Shown here: one piece after another, positions 1 through 12,395 of the stretch
Position numbering within the stretch: the first letter of the stretch is position 1
How the letters are laid out: every line of letters begins with the position of its first letter
Source: Malacoraja senta
Taxonomy: Eukaryota
Length of the DNA: 64,000 nt
Reading direction: 5' to 3'
NCBI GenBank assembly: GCA_038087875.1
Contig: CM075977.1
Span: 310,496,001 to 310,560,000, forward strand
Made by a program: the position numbers and the translations under genes
The notes under the pieces: model-generated
The model's input: the letters and a program-made list of their open reading frames with translations, nothing else
What the model was told of the DNA's origin: nothing
The model's database searches: none

Positions 1-215
1 TAAACGAATCTAACTTTTCAATATAATGAGAGTGGGCAGAGAGGGAAACAAAAAAACCTGAGAGTTGCATTTGAGGGTTTAAATTCAGAAGTCTCTTTCT
101 CGAATTGGTTAATCCTGAAGAACAGGAAATACCAGCAGTAAAAGAAAATGATTCCTTCAAAACAGCAGCTTGATTGGTATTAATGCATCCTGAGCGAGAA
201 ACAGCACTGTACATA

Positions 216-1346
216 TCGTAATTCCCAGCAATGAAGACGCATTTTTTACCCCAAAATAAGGCATGAAAATTTACCTGCGTCTTGGAGGCAGAAGGTTAGG
301 TTGTTAGTCAAGAAAGATATACTTGGCTACCCTCAGTACAGCAACATCAAGAACGGGTGACCCGACCTTTTCCCTGTCGGGTCTCTGTTGTCGTTGGGGC
401 CTAGCACCGTGGAGCGGCCTCCAACCGGAAAAACCTGGAGGCTCCAGTCGCGGAGCCTGTGGACTTACCATCGTGGGGCTGGCCGGCTTCGGAGCGTGGA
501 CAGCTGCGGTGGCACGCGGCTGTGACCCGACTCCGGAGCTTGGAGGCTCCAGTCGCAGGTTCGGTGGACGGAGACATCGGGAGCTCGCGGGTCTCAGATG
601 GGAGACCGCTTTTCGGAGCTCCCGTAACGGCAACTTCTCCCACCCGAGTTGCGGGGTTGAAAATGACCTAGAGCGGGGCCTTGCATCGCCCGGCGCGGCT
701 TTAACGGCTGCGGGACTTGCCATCGCCCGCCGGGGGCTCCAACATTAAGTCGGAATTTAAGGATTTGCAGGAAGCGGCTGACATGAGCGAGGCCGGCAAG
801 CGGCAGGAGAGAGGTGTTCAGACGGAGACCACTGCCAGAGGTGAGTGGGCCGGCAGAAGGCGCTGAGGTGGCGGCTGCTTGCAGCCACCCGAGCTACTTC
901 CCCCCGGCCACAATGCGGTGGCTCCGCGCCCGGAACGCCGCGGCAGTGGTGAGTGAGTGAGTTACTGGCATGATCCCCGACCCCCTCCTTCTCAACGCTC
1001 CTACCCGTGCTGATCCAGGCCAGACTCCCCACAGGCGATAAAAGGAACTCTCCCCCCAATTGGCCAATTGAACTAGTATTGTCATTCAATAATATCACAA
1101 CTGATTCAATTTGTCCCGGTGTGCTCCCGTTTTCCCCACCATCTCTCCACCTGCCGTCACCCTCCACCCCTCACCCATTCAGTAATTCAGAAAGAAGGAG
1201 ATTTGGAAGCCTTGGGCAAATTGAATTGTTCCTTTCTTTATTTTTACTTTTTATTTTATGTCCCGCCAGCCTTTTTTCAAAATTTAGCAACTCGAAATGG
1301 GGGTGCGTCTTCGACGCAGGTGCGTCTTCATTGACGGGGAATACGG
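216..1346. mobile_element. Non-autonomous Tc1/mariner-superfamily (pogo/Tc2-like) element
   Basis: Imperfect TIRs: left TCGTAATTCCCAGCAATGAAGACGCA versus right (revcomp) CCGTATTCCCCGTCAATGAAGACGCA; TA on both sides (214-215, 1347-1348); no transposase ORF. Confidence 0.6.
355..745 (+). repeat. GC-rich interspersed repeat (unclassified), nested in the Tc1/mariner element
   Basis: Shares GACCCGACCTTTTCCCTGTCGGGTCTC...GGGAGACCGCTTTTC with the copy at about 23740-24008. Confidence 0.6.
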
Positions 1347-1943
1347 TAACTGCAGTTGAATTTGAGCATTCAGCATCGGCACCAGCACAAATGTTAAATC
1401 CAAATGCAGCATTTGGGAGAGGGTGATGCCTTTAAATTAAATATTTTTGGAGCATTAAATTATGCAAAACAACATGGACAGGTAGGTACAGACATAAAGG
1501 TTTAGAGGGATATGGGCCAAATATAGGTAAATTTCTCTGGTGTAATACTCTACGACTCCAACTAACGACTATGAAACATGATTTCAATAATCATGAAATG
1601 TAACTATTTATTTTCTTCCCCAACTCTGTTCATATTAAATGCAGTTAATAAATAAGCAGCACAATGAATAATGAATAATTTTCTGCATAGTTAGGAATAT
1701 GAAAGCAATGTAAAGAGAAAATACGTATATTTATACACGAGGAGGCAACACAGAGCAGAAAGTGGGCATTCAGCTTAATATAACTTTTCCAGGTCCTTGA
1801 AAGACTTCCATGTAGTCGCGGTCCCTTGCTCCTTTCCGCTACACACATTTCTTCCTCAGTGAGGAAGCCAATTACCTTTCATATATTTCCATCAACTCTG
1901 CTTTTATCTCAGTCCATATCATAATCATTGGCTCCATAAGGAA

Positions 1944-2074
1944 TGTGTAGGAAGGAACTGCAGATGCTGGTTTAAACCGAAGATAGACACAAAAAGCTGG
2001 AGTAACTCAGCGGGACAGGCAGCATCTCTGGAGAGAAGGAATGAGTGACGTTTCGGGTCGAGACCCCTTCTTCA
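1944..2074 (-). mobile_element. Penelope-derived short element with minimal hammerhead motif
   Basis: Minus strand reads TGAAGAAGGGGTCTCGACCCGAAACGTCAC followed by the family tail CCTTCTCTCCAGAGATGCTGCC...CATCTGCAGTTCCTTCC. Confidence 0.7.
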
Positions 2075-2139
2075 ACAATAATATGGTGGAATTCTGCATT
2101 AAGATGGAGAGTGACACAGTTAATTCCGAGACGAGGGTC

Positions 2140-2710
2140 CTGAACTGAAAGAAAGGTAATTTTGATGGTATGAGATGGGATAGACTGGCAAATGATATTG
2201 AAAGGGTTGACAGTGGATATGCAATGCAAAGATTTAAAGATTGCGTGGATGAATTACAACAATTGTTCATCCCTGTCTGGCATAAAAAATAAAACAGGGA
2301 AGGTGGCTCAACCGTCGCTAACGAGGGAAATTAGGGATAGTGTTAAATTCAAGGAGGAGGCATATAAATTGGCCAGAAGAAGCAGTAAACCGGAGGACTG
2401 GGAGAAATTTAGAATTCAACAGAGGAGGACAAAGGGGTTCATAAGAGGGGGGAAATAGAGCATGAAAGAAAGCTTGCCTGGAATATAAAAACTGTCTGTA
2501 AAAGCTTCTTTAGATATGTGAAGAGGAAAAGATTAGTGAAGCCAAAGGTGGGTCGCTTACAGTCAGAAACAGGTGAATTTATAATGGGAAACAAGGGAAT
2601 GGCAGAACAGTTGAACGAGTACTTTAGTTCTATCTTCACTAAGGAAGACACAAACAATCTTCCAGAAATCTTCCAGGGACCGAGGATCTAGCGTAACGGA
2701 GGAACTGAAA
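2140..2710 (+). mobile_element. CR1 LINE ORF2 linker fragment
   Basis: Translates to ...SSKPEDWEKFRIQQRRTKG...KSFFRYVKRKR...AEQLNEYFSSIFTKED, with frameshifts. Confidence 0.85.
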
Positions 2711-3761
2711 TGATGTTAGATAAACACCTCCAGGACTTGTAGCCCATGTTTCCCTGGGCTGCAGAAGTGGGCAGGAATAAATTGACAATCAACAATAAAA
2801 TGTTTGCAGTAAGTAGGTCTGAGCCAATTCCTGGCAACAGCCCTACCTCCACACTATATTTTTGTAAATGACTATTAAAATTGTAAATAATTAAATAACA
2901 ATACTTAAATATTTCTCATAGAGGCATTGAAGAGACTTTTGGATAAGCACATGGATATACAGGGAATGGAAGGATATGGGTTATATGCAGGCAGTTAAGA
3001 GTTTGTCTTGGTGTCAAGCTCAGCACAGACTCTGCGGGCTGAAGGGCCAGTTCTTGTGCTGTACTGTTCTATGTTCTAGGATTTAATTAAAATCCTTAAA
3101 TGGTGAAAAAGAAATAGTTATATTTATCTTAGTTACTTTTGTCCAGCTAGTCAATAGGGCCAGGAATACCCTATCAAATCAGCAGCACCAACACTCCCTT
3201 GACCACGTGACATTCACTTGACCACAAGTCCAGCAGCAGAATGAAGACACAGACCTGGTGGCTTCTGTCACTCTGCATTATAGCAGGCCCACTTAAATCC
3301 AGTATTAACTACCTCAGAGAAGCTTATTGCAAACAGCTCCCTTCAGAGCAGCCTGTCTCCACCAGCTTCGTTCGATGCTTTACGTCTTTCTGGTTTGCAC
3401 TCTATCGTGCTTAAATCATTACCTGCTTCCTCATGTCCATTCTGACATTGAGAGCAGTTTCTATTTACTCTCTCAAAATGGCGTTACATTTTAAACATAA
3501 TGAGTATCTCTGTTTCCTAAAGTTGAACAAAGTTACATTTTTCACTTATGTATTAGACGGGGCATTTATTTTAAGCATTCTCTGCATTATATTTATGTGA
3601 TGAGCACCAATATTGAAATGTTGTGTAGGATGGAACTGCAGATGCTGGTTGACACTGAAGATAGGAACAAAATGCTGAAGTAACTCAGCGGGTCAGGCAG
3701 CATCTCTGGAGAAAAGGAATTGATAGCTTTTTGGACAAGACTCGTTTCGAGTTACAATTGA

Positions 3762-3997
3762 CAATAGACAATAGACAATAGGTGCAGGATTAGGCCATTC
3801 GGCCCTTCGAGCCAGCACCGCCATTCAATGTGATCATGCCTGATCATCCCCAATCAGTACCCTGTTCCTGCCTTCTCCCCATAACCCCTGACTCTGCTAT
3901 TTTTAAGAGCCCTATCTAGCTCTCTTTTGAAAGCATCCAGAGAACCTGCCTCCATCGCCCTCTGAGGCAGAGAATTCCACAGACTCACCACTCTCTG
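3762..3997 (-). mobile_element. CR1 LINE 3' end
   Basis: Same 3' UTR and short-unit tail (GACAATA)n as other CR1 copies in the window. Confidence 0.8.
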
Positions 3998-4069
3998 TGA
4001 CAGACTCACCACTCTCTGTGTACAAATTAGTGAATCCGAAGGTCGAACCTAACTTGTGCAATGAACATG

Positions 4070-4520
4070 TACGGAGGCTTGGCGATCGTTTCGCCGAACA
4101 CCTCCGGTCGGTCCGCAATAACCAACCTGAACTCCCGGTGGCTCAGCACTTCAACTCCCCCTCCCATTCCGTATCTGACCTCTCTGTCCTGGGTCTCCTC
4201 CATGGCCACAGCGAGCAACACCGTAAATTGGAGGAAATGCACCTCATATTACGCTTGGGCAGTCTACATCCTGGGGGCCTGAACATTGAATTCTCCCCAA
4301 TTCTGCTAGCCCTTGCTGTCCCCTCCCCTTCATCAGCCATCTGGTTGTCTCCTCCCCTCCCCCAGCCCTCGGGCTCCTCCTCCGCCTTTTTCCTTTTTTC
4401 CTTTCTTCTCCCCACCCCCTATCAGTCTGAAGAAGGGTTTCGGCCCGAAACGTTACCTATTTCCTTCGCTCCATAGATGCTGCTGCACCCGCTGAGTTTC
4501 TCCAGCATTTTTGTGTACCA
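4070..4520 (+). mobile_element. Penelope-like element 3' fragment: GIY-YIG endonuclease C-terminus plus hammerhead-bearing pseudo-LTR
   Basis: RRLGDRFAEHLRSVRNNQPELPVAQHFNSPSHS...RKLEEMHLILRLGSLHPGGLNIEF is a typical PLE endonuclease C-terminus; followed by CTGAAGA-AGGGTTTCGGCCC-GAAA-CGTT. Confidence 0.85.
4427..4454 (+). ncRNA. Minimal type I hammerhead ribozyme motif
   Basis: CUGANGA box, stem II GGGUU/GGCCC, GAAA box, palindromic CG stem III, GUU cleavage triplet; stem I only about 2 bp. Confidence 0.6.
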
Positions 4521-5524
4521 TGTAAAATTACTGATGGGTTGAAGAAAAGACAGGCAATATTGCTAATGAGTAACTTTTACTTTTATTAATTGCAGTTATT
4601 TGCAAAAAAAAATCTGGGGTGGTGGGGGGGGGGGGGGGGGGGGTTGCAGGTAAATGCTTTGTGCACTGCAGTTCAATTTTTCAATGTGGTTAGTTTGCTT
4701 TACAGGATATGATGGAAAAACAGTTGTGGTGGGTGGCCTGATGCAATTCCTGGGTGTGGCCAAGATGGAGGCCAGAAACCCCAGAAGCTGAGGCAGGTTG
4801 AATGATGTGCATCATTGCAATAGGAGCCCAGGGTTGCATGATTCGAGATATTGCACTTTAAGTAGAAACCTTATCATTTGTTGCAAATAATCGTTGCAGT
4901 GCATTTTACTTCATTAAATGTTATTCATTGCATTAAAATATTACAAATATAAAATGACCTAAAATGATCGTAAAGTATTATTTTAGCAAAACAGATATAC
5001 CTCAATTGCAGGCACTGGGAGGTTCATTTAATAAATGCAGGTTAAATAAGTTGAGTTACCTTTTCACAAAATTCTGAAGATTTTTGAAGCTATTTTCAGA
5101 TCAGATTTAAGAAAAACAATTCTGAATGCAAAATTGAGACAATAGTGGGTTGATTCTGATTCATTCATCCTTTCAGCTTGGGGTTAGGCTTTTAGATAAT
5201 CATTCCAAATTGTATTCCCTTTGCAGCATCACAGAGACAAAGAAAATATTAATTGTGAAAAGAAATAGGAATAGGCATACTTTATTGTCACATGTGACTG
5301 GGCACAGTGAGATTCGTTGCTTGCATAAACAATGTATACAAATAGCAACCACCCACGGCACTGACAAAGTTACAAAGCATGCCGGCTCCTCCTTTTGTCC
5401 CGTCCCCCACGCCCCCACCCACCACAGCAGTTCCCCCACGCCGGGTCCCCATTGTCCTTTGTCCCCCCCCCCCCCACCGTCCCCATTGTCCATTGTTCTT
5501 CCCCTCCCCCCTCACGGTGGTTAA

Positions 5525-6146
5525 AGGCTCTGTCTTACCTGTTTGCGGTCATCGGCGGTGAAGCGCGGCGTCGCCGGTAGCGAGGACCGCGCGGCAACGG
5601 CGAGAGCGTCGAGCCTATCCACCGGAGCGCCGCACGGATGTTGCGCGGGGGCCGAGTAATTCAAACACGGCGGGTCCCACGTGCTTGCGGTAAGTAAAAA
5701 AAAGGGCGGGCCGACTGCGATGACGTCGGCCCGCCGCACGTGACTCACGAGCGGCGGCTGTGGCAGCGGCCGCCCTGATCGCGGCGCTGTAGCGGTGGCT
5801 GTGCCTGCGGCCGTGCTGCACACGTGCCTCACTGGCGGAGGCACGTGCCTCACTGGCGGAGGCTGTGGCAGTGGAGGTTTGACGCACGGCGCTCGAGCCA
5901 CACTGGCGGCGGCCCGTGCGGGCGGCCGTGCCGCACTCGTGCATCACTGGTGGAGGTTGTGCGGTGAGTATATAGTTTTCGACATTGTCGGTTTTATTTT
6001 AGCACCGTGCGGTGTTGGGAACACCATGCGGTGTTGGGAACACCGCCGCACGGCCCTGGAATTGTACGTTCTCACGAGTGCGCGGTCTATGGCGGCAGAT
6101 TCTTCCCGTTTCGCCGCCAATGACCGCAGACTCGTGAGACAGGCCT
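5525..6146. mobile_element. CpG-rich MITE with about 40-bp TIRs flanked by TTAA (Kolobok- or Harbinger-type)
   Basis: TTAA|AGGCTCTGTCTTACCTGTTTGCGGTCATCGGCGGTGAAGCG ... CGTTTCGCCGCCAATGACCGCAGACTCGTGAGACAGGCCT|TTAA. Confidence 0.75.
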
Positions 6147-6829
6147 TTAAGACTTAAGTTAAAAAAAGGGCACCAGGCTTTGTTGAGGTCTTAACTTCCA
6201 CCAAGTCATTCAAGAAAATGCCCCCAGCAGTTGTTGTCAGCAATAGCATAAATTAGGTTATAGTTAAAGTTAATGTAGTACAATTCTAAATTCTAAATTC
6301 TAAAACGAATACAACGAGGTAAAAGTTATTCTTTATCGATGAAGAATCCTGGACTGTTTAGCATCATCAAGCTCCACAGATGCAGCATGACCAGCTGAGT
6401 TTATCCAGCATTTCTGTTTTTTTGTATTTCTACATTGCCGGTTCTGAAGACTGACCCGAGTGAAATGGGGAAGAAAACTAATGTACGGGATCATTGGATT
6501 ATTGCAGAATGCTACAGTATTCTCTCCATTGTTCCTGGGAGAAGAGCCTCATGTGTTCCACATAGACGATAATTGGCCTGAATTGTATTGAAATCCATCA
6601 TGCGCATTGAAATAAATGTTATCCCAGTGTAGGTGGCAGACTGTGAAGCCTTCCGGGAAAACGTCACAAAATCCAGGTTCTGGAAGCTGAGTTGACTGCT
6701 GAGTTCTGTAAATTAAATAAAAACTATTCTAAATTATTGGAAAATCAATAGCATCCAATTGAATTTAAACAAAACAGAGAGATTATTCCTGAGAATTAAT
6801 TTTGCTTTGAAGATCATAATGTCAAAAGC

Positions 6830-7139
6830 AATGAAATTTCCTGTTAAGGCAACAAAGCAAGAATTTTAACCAAAAAAATCATAAAGTGAAACTCAATAAT
6901 ACATTTTTGAAGTATGTGTGATACATCGAAAAGGCGCCTTTGAGGTTGAATTAGAGTTAGTGAATAAAGGTACTATTGTGTTCTGTTATTCATCAAAAAT
7001 ATCAGAAGGTATTTGGCAAAATTTCTTTACAGAAACCTGTAACTGTGGTAAAAGTTCTTGGGATAAAGGGGGAAGACGTAAATTGGCTAATAAATTGGCT
7101 AAATAATGAGAAATAAGGAGAATTGATTTATTTTGCAGG
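6830..7139 (+). mobile_element. Ancient CR1 RT remnant, interrupted by the Gypsy element and resuming at about 10061-10140
   Basis: Decayed match to FE.V...VD.....FQKAF.K / LGIKG...NWL motifs; GVP.DSVL-like sequence after 10061. Confidence 0.5.
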
Positions 7140-7374
7140 TTTGGCGAGTCAAGATGATGAGTAAGTAAAATTGTTTTATTTTGAAAACGAAAACAACAAA
7201 ATTAATCAAATCGCTAGAGACAGCCAAATACACGATGTTGATTCCACACGTGTTGTGCTAGAATGAATCAATGTAGCAAAAAAAACCCGCGAAAACAAAC
7301 ACCCACGCTCATGTGGCTTCTCCAGCCAATCACGAGGGTTTGATTACCCAGGGCCACCACCAGGTATCGCTACA
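7140..7374 (-). repeat. 3' LTR
   Basis: Direct repeat of 9828-10060; minus strand starts TGTAGCGA; preceded by G-rich PPT GGTTCTGGGGGGGTCC. Confidence 0.9.
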
Positions 7375-7599
7375 GGACCCCCCCAGAACCCGAGGTACGG
7401 AACCATGCAGGGGACCGGACACGGCGACCAGAACGTGTAGTAACTGGAGATGGGTCGGCGTAACAGAGGGGACTGGCGGAACAAAGCCAGGGGACCTTAA
7501 CAGGGTAGGAGGAACAGAATTAACTGGGTCAGGGGAAACAGGTACAACAGGTGCCGCTGGATCGGCCGGTGGACGATCTCTACTCCGAGGCAGCGCCAC

Positions 7600-8765
7600 A
7601 ACCACCGGGATGTCGACATCCACGTGAGCAGGCTTGAGCCAGGCGATGGAGACAATCTCCTCCCGGCCCCCCAAGGTGAAAGCTGCGACGCCAGAGCGCA
7701 ACACCCGGAACAGCCCCTTGTAGACGCGTTGCAGCGGGGACCGGTGCGAATCCCTGCGGACAAAAACAAACAAACAGTTCTACAGGACCAGAGGCATGTG
7801 TACCGCGGTCGTCCCGTGTCGCAAGGTGTGCACCGAAGCCAGGCCGCTCACCCGCTCCCGGAGAGTCGCCAACACTGCCGGGGCAGAGTCCGACTGCCCC
7901 CGAACTGCAGGGAGAAAATCCCTGGGCACCCGCAAAACCGATCCGTACATTAACTCGGCGGACGATGTGTCTAAGCGCTTTGGGTGCCGTGCAGATGCCC
8001 AGTAACACCCAAGGCAACTGGTTGACCCAGTCTGGACCCATGAGCTGAGCCTTCAGCGCCGACTAAAGGTGGCGGTGGAAGCGTTTGACGAGCCCGTTGG
8101 CTTGGGGGTGACAGGTGGTGGTGTGGTGCAACCGCTCCCCGTACAATTGTGCCAGTGAAGTCCACAAAGAGGACGTGAACTGTGCCCCCCAGTCGGTAGA
8201 GATGTCTGATGGAACCCCAAACTGGGCAATCCAATTGGCCGCAAGGGCCTGAGCACAAGACGCGGCGGAGGTGTCCAAAAGCGGGATAGCCTCCGGCCAC
8301 CTCGTGAACCTATCCACCACGGTGAGTAGGTGAGTGGCGCCTCGGGATGTCGGTAACAGGTCCACTAAGTCGACGTGGATGTGCAGAAACCGGGTCAAAG
8401 GGTCAGCGAAGTTCTGTACCGGGGCCGTAAGTGCCGCTGCACTTTGGAAGATTGGCAGGGGAGGCAGGCATGAGCCCAGGCCGCAACCTGCTTGCGGAGT
8501 CCGTGCCACACAAATTTGTCCACCACCAGAGCGGAGGTCGCCCGGATGGACGGGTGGGCCAGGCCGTGGATGGCGTCGAAGATCCGATGGTGCCACCGCA
8601 CGGGAACGATGGGACGAGGTCGACCAGTGGAGATGTCACAGAATACTACCGTGCTTGAGGGCCCGCACGGGACGTCGGCCAACTGCAAACCAGAAGCAGC
8701 AGTTCGGTAGCCCGCCATCTCATCATCCGCTCGCTGCACCGCAGCCAGCTCTTCGCAGTCCACAC
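7600..8765 (-). pseudogene. Gypsy integrase (frameshifted)
   Basis: IHGLAHPSIRAT...CLPCQSSK (HHCC); HIHVDLV, LLTVVDRFTRWPEAIPL, STDWGAQFTS, HPQANGLVKRFHR; C-terminal VFVRRDSHRSPLQ. Confidence 0.9.
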
Positions 8766-9800
8766 ACATCGACCAGGAGGGAGAAAGCTCGGAGGAAATC
8801 GGCGCCCAGGAGCGGTTGCTCGACATCCGCGATGATGAAGGTCCATTCATATGGGCGGGAGTCAAAGGACAGGGAGAGGATCCTCGTGCCATAGGTTTGG
8901 ATCGTACTATGGTTGACGGCCGTGAGCACAGGGCCTCGCTTACCAGCACGGGTGCCCCGCCCAGTCGGGGGAAAGATGCTCACGATGGCCCCTGAGTTGA
9001 CAAGAAAACGTAGCCCAGAGCAGCGGTCGCGCATGTAGAGACGGTTCGCGATCGCATCTACTGATGATCGGCTGAGGCATTTCCCGAAAACGAGCAGGGT
9101 TGTCGGCATTGGTGGGCCTCAGCGCCCCAGCGCAGATGGTTAAAACACCATTGTCGCTTACCCCGGTCTCCAGCGTGTGGCTGTGGCTCTGCGGCGGTAG
9201 TGGTGGGCGGGGCGTCTCCGCTGTTGCATCGAGGCGATTGGCGAGCGGGTGCAGAGACCCGGTTGATGGCCCCGCCATCCTGTTGTTTTGCGAGCTAAAG
9301 CTCGTCGGCCCGTTCAGCGAGCTGCATGGGTTTGTTGAAATCGGACCCGGCGAGCATCAAGCGGATGTCATCCGGCATCTGCTCCAGGAATGCTTGCTCG
9401 AACAGGAGGCATGGGCGGTGGCCATCCATTAAAGCAAGCATCTCGCTCATTAGGGTGGCTGGCTTGCGGTCGCCCAGACCGTCCATGTGCAGGAGGCGGG
9501 CGGCGCGCTCGGCAGCTGAGCCCGAATGTACATAGGAGGAGGGCTTTGAGGCCGTCGTACTTCATGAGCGCCGGTGGGTCCTGCAAGAACGGCAGCAACC
9601 GCGAGGCCCTCCTGAGTCAGAGCCCTGACGACGTGGAAATATTTTGTGTCATCGACGACAATATTCCGCAGGTGGAACTGTGTCTCGACATCCGCGAACC
9701 AGACCTGTGGTTGCTCGGCCCAGAACATGGGCACCTTGAGGCCGACGGCATTTTGCTGGGCATCGGAGATGGTGGCGGCTTGCATGTTGTATGTCCAATA
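8766..9800 (-). pseudogene. Gypsy gag plus aspartic protease (frameshifted)
   Basis: VGLKVPMFWAEQPQVWFADVETQF...TKYFHVV; GLGDRKPATLMSEML; CFNHLRWGAEAHQCRQPC knuckle; RFLVNSGAIVSIFP...LLGADFL. Confidence 0.85.
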
Positions 9801-9810
9801 TTCGGTTGGA

Positions 9811-9826
9811 CGCGTCGGGGTCATCT
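9811..9826 (-). other. Primer-binding site, tRNA-Trp type
   Basis: Plus strand CGTCGGGGTCATCT resembles the vertebrate tRNA-Trp 3' end CGTCGGGGTCACCA, next to the 5' LTR. Confidence 0.7.
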
Positions 9827-9827
9827 G

Positions 9828-10060
9828 TTTGGCGAGTCGAGACGGTGAGTAATTAAAATTGTTTTATTTTGAAAACAAAAACAACGGAATTACCCAAATC
9901 GCTAGAGACAGCCACATACACAATGCTGATTCCACACGTGTGGTGCTAGAATAAATCAATGCAGTAAAAAACCCGCGAAAACAAACACCCACGCTCATGT
10001 GGCTTCTCCAGCCAATCACAAGGGTTCGATTACCCAGGGCCACCACCAGATGTCGCTACA
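9828..10060 (-). repeat. 5' LTR
   Basis: Direct repeat of 7140-7374, ending TCGCTACA on the plus strand. Confidence 0.9.
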
Positions 10061-10244
10061 TAGGTCTAATTAGACATTTGAGTCCAGGGGAGTACCTCAT
10101 GATTCAGTCCTGACAATTCACAAACTATTTATCTCTAAGACCGGCTTATTTTTTATTTATTTATTTTTATTTATTTTTTGTCCTTTAAAATAGTTTATTT
10201 TTGGATGGTTTTCTATTTAATCAAAGTTATATACTCAAAAAATT

Positions 10245-11570
10245 CCAAGAGATTTGTCGAGCATGATTTCCCCTTCATAAATTCATGCTGACTTTGACCG
10301 ATCCTGCCACTGCATTCCAATTGCGCTGCTATTACATCAAAAATAATTGACAACCACCTTCCCCACTACCAATGTCAAGCTAAACTGGTCTATAATTCCC
10401 TGTTTTCTCTCTCCTTCCTTTCTTAAAATGTGGGGTTACATTGACTACCCTCCAGTCCACAGGAACTGATCCAATCTATAGAACAATGGAAAAAGATCAC
10501 CAATGCATCCATGATTTCTTGGGGCACCTCCTTGAGTACTCTGGGATGCAGACCATCAGGCCCTGCCTTCAGTCCCAACAGTGTACCTAACACCATTTCA
10601 TGACTAATGTGAATTTTCTTCAGTTCCTCCATCACGCTAGATCTTTAGTTCCCTAGTATTTCTGGGAGAATGTTTGTATCTTCCTTAGTGAAGACACAAC
10701 CAAAGTACTTGTTTACCTGGTCTGCCATTTCCTTGTTTCCCATTATAAATTCACCTGTTTGACGCGTTACAGGGGCTTTGCACAACAAGATCGCTAACTA
10801 ATCCTTCTTCATTACATAATACCCAGTCTAGGATGGCCTGCCCTCTAGTTGGTTCCACTACATATTGGCTTAGAAAACTATCCCGTATACACTCCAGGAA
10901 ATCCTCCTCCTCAGCGATGTTACCAATTTGGTTGGCCCAATCTATATGTAGATTAAAGTCACCCATGATAACAGCTGTACCATTGCCACACGCATCACTA
11001 ATTCCCTGTTTTATGCTATCCCCAACCTCACTACTGTTATTTGGTGGTCTGTATACAACTCCAACAAGCGTTTTCTGCCCTTGGCTATTTCACAGTTCTA
11101 CTCATACAGATTCAACAGCATCCAAGCTAATGTCTCTCCTTACTATTGCATTAATCTCCTCTAACCCTACCACTACCCTACCTCCTCTTCTTTTCTGTCT
11201 ATCCTTCCTGAATATTGAATATCCATGCATATTGAGCTTCCAGCCTTGGTCACCCTGGAGCCATGTCTCTGTAATCCCAACTATATCATATCCCTTAACT
11301 ACTAACTGCGCATTCAATTCATCCACCTTATCACGAATGTTCCTTGCATTAAGGTACAAAGCTTTCAGGTTTGTTTTTCGTTTCTCCCTTCTACCTTTTG
11401 CTTCTTCCCTCATTTTACAGCCCTCTCTCTCCCTGCATTGGTTCCTATCCCCCTGCCCTGTTAAACGTGACCTATCCTGCACTCTCTTTCCCGTTAACTG
11501 CACGCATACACTTCCACGTTATTGACCCCAACCACCCCACACTATTTAGTTTAAACCCACACGTGTAACA
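10245..11570 (-). mobile_element. CR1 LINE, APE endonuclease to RT start, with internal deletions
   Basis: LKALYLNARNIRDKVDEL...GITETWL, MGDFNLHIDW, GPDGLHPRVLKE. Confidence 0.9.
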
Positions 11571-11574
11571 CTGA

Positions 11575-11949
11575 CTTTTTGCCACAAAAGAACAGCCAGA
11601 TTAAATATTGGTTCTTCTAAATAGTTAAATGTCCACACTGTGACTACCTAAAACAATATACCTGGGGATTTTCAGAATTTATAAATAGCGTTATAAAAAT
11701 ATTAAAATTAGAATATCTTAATTTGCAGATGCCCCAAATAAATAGTTTATGGTCAGAACAGGGGAAATACATTGTCCTATGGTTTGTTTTTGACAAAAGG
11801 ACCCAGGAGACACACCTGCAGGACTGAGTTGCTTTCTTTAGCATCAGTTGAGGTGGAAAAACGCCCAAGTAATTTCAAGGGAATTAGTGAGAAGCACCTG
11901 GAAAAATACAACCTGATAAGGAGAGAGAGGGAGGGCCTGGATTCTGCAA

Positions 11950-11985
<36 letters not shown>

Positions 11986-12085
11986 CCTCAAACTAATCTG
12001 CTGAAGTTTGTCACAGGCCATTCCGCCATGATGAACAACTGTGGTGCAGCCAAGTTGTCTACACAGAGTTATTAAAACTTCACAA
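11575..12085 (+). mobile_element. Highly decayed CR1 RT fragment (copy 1 of a local pair)
   Basis: LSLASV...KHLEKYNLIRRE...TNLLKF; alignable with 18285-18835. Confidence 0.6.
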
Positions 12086-12087
12086 GG

Positions 12088-12395
12088 TTTAGTTTAGTTG
12101 AGAGACAGTGCTGAAACAGGCCCTTCAGCCCACCGGGTCTGCACCAACCCTGCACATTAACACCATCCTGCACACATTAGGGACAACTTACACTTATACC
12201 AAGCCAATTAACCTACAAACCTGTTCGTCTTTAGAGTGTGGGAGGAAACTGAAGATCTCGGAGAAAACCCACGTGGTCACGGAGAGAATGTACAAACTCT
12301 GTACAGACACCACCCATTGACGGGATTGAACCCAGGTCACCAGCGCTGCAAGCGCTGTAAGGCAGCAACTCTACCGCTGTGCGACTGTGCTGCAC
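12088..12395 (-). mobile_element. tRNA-derived V-SINE (HE1-like)
   Basis: A/B-box head (GCACAGCGGTAGAGTTGCTGCC...GGGTTCAATCC), V domain GAGTTTGTACATTCTCTCCGTGACC...TTTCCTCCCACA, CR1-like tail with (AAACT)n. Confidence 0.85.

Larger units (their letters stand above)
7140..10060 (-). mobile_element. Gypsy/Ty3 LTR retrotransposon, internally deleted (gag-protease-integrase; no RT/RNase H)
   Basis: Two LTRs of about 235 bp; 4-bp TSD CAGG/TAGG (one mismatch); PBS and PPT; gag, aspartic protease and HHCC/DDE integrase motifs. Confidence 0.92.

Noticed and set aside
3241-3414. 57-aa ORF with signal-peptide-like start (MKTQTWWLLSLCIIAG)
   Set aside because: Short, no clear splice donor or recognisable family; compatible with chance.
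12340-12395. tRNA gene
   Set aside because: The A/B boxes belong to SINE heads followed by a V domain and LINE-like tail; there is no complete cloverleaf.
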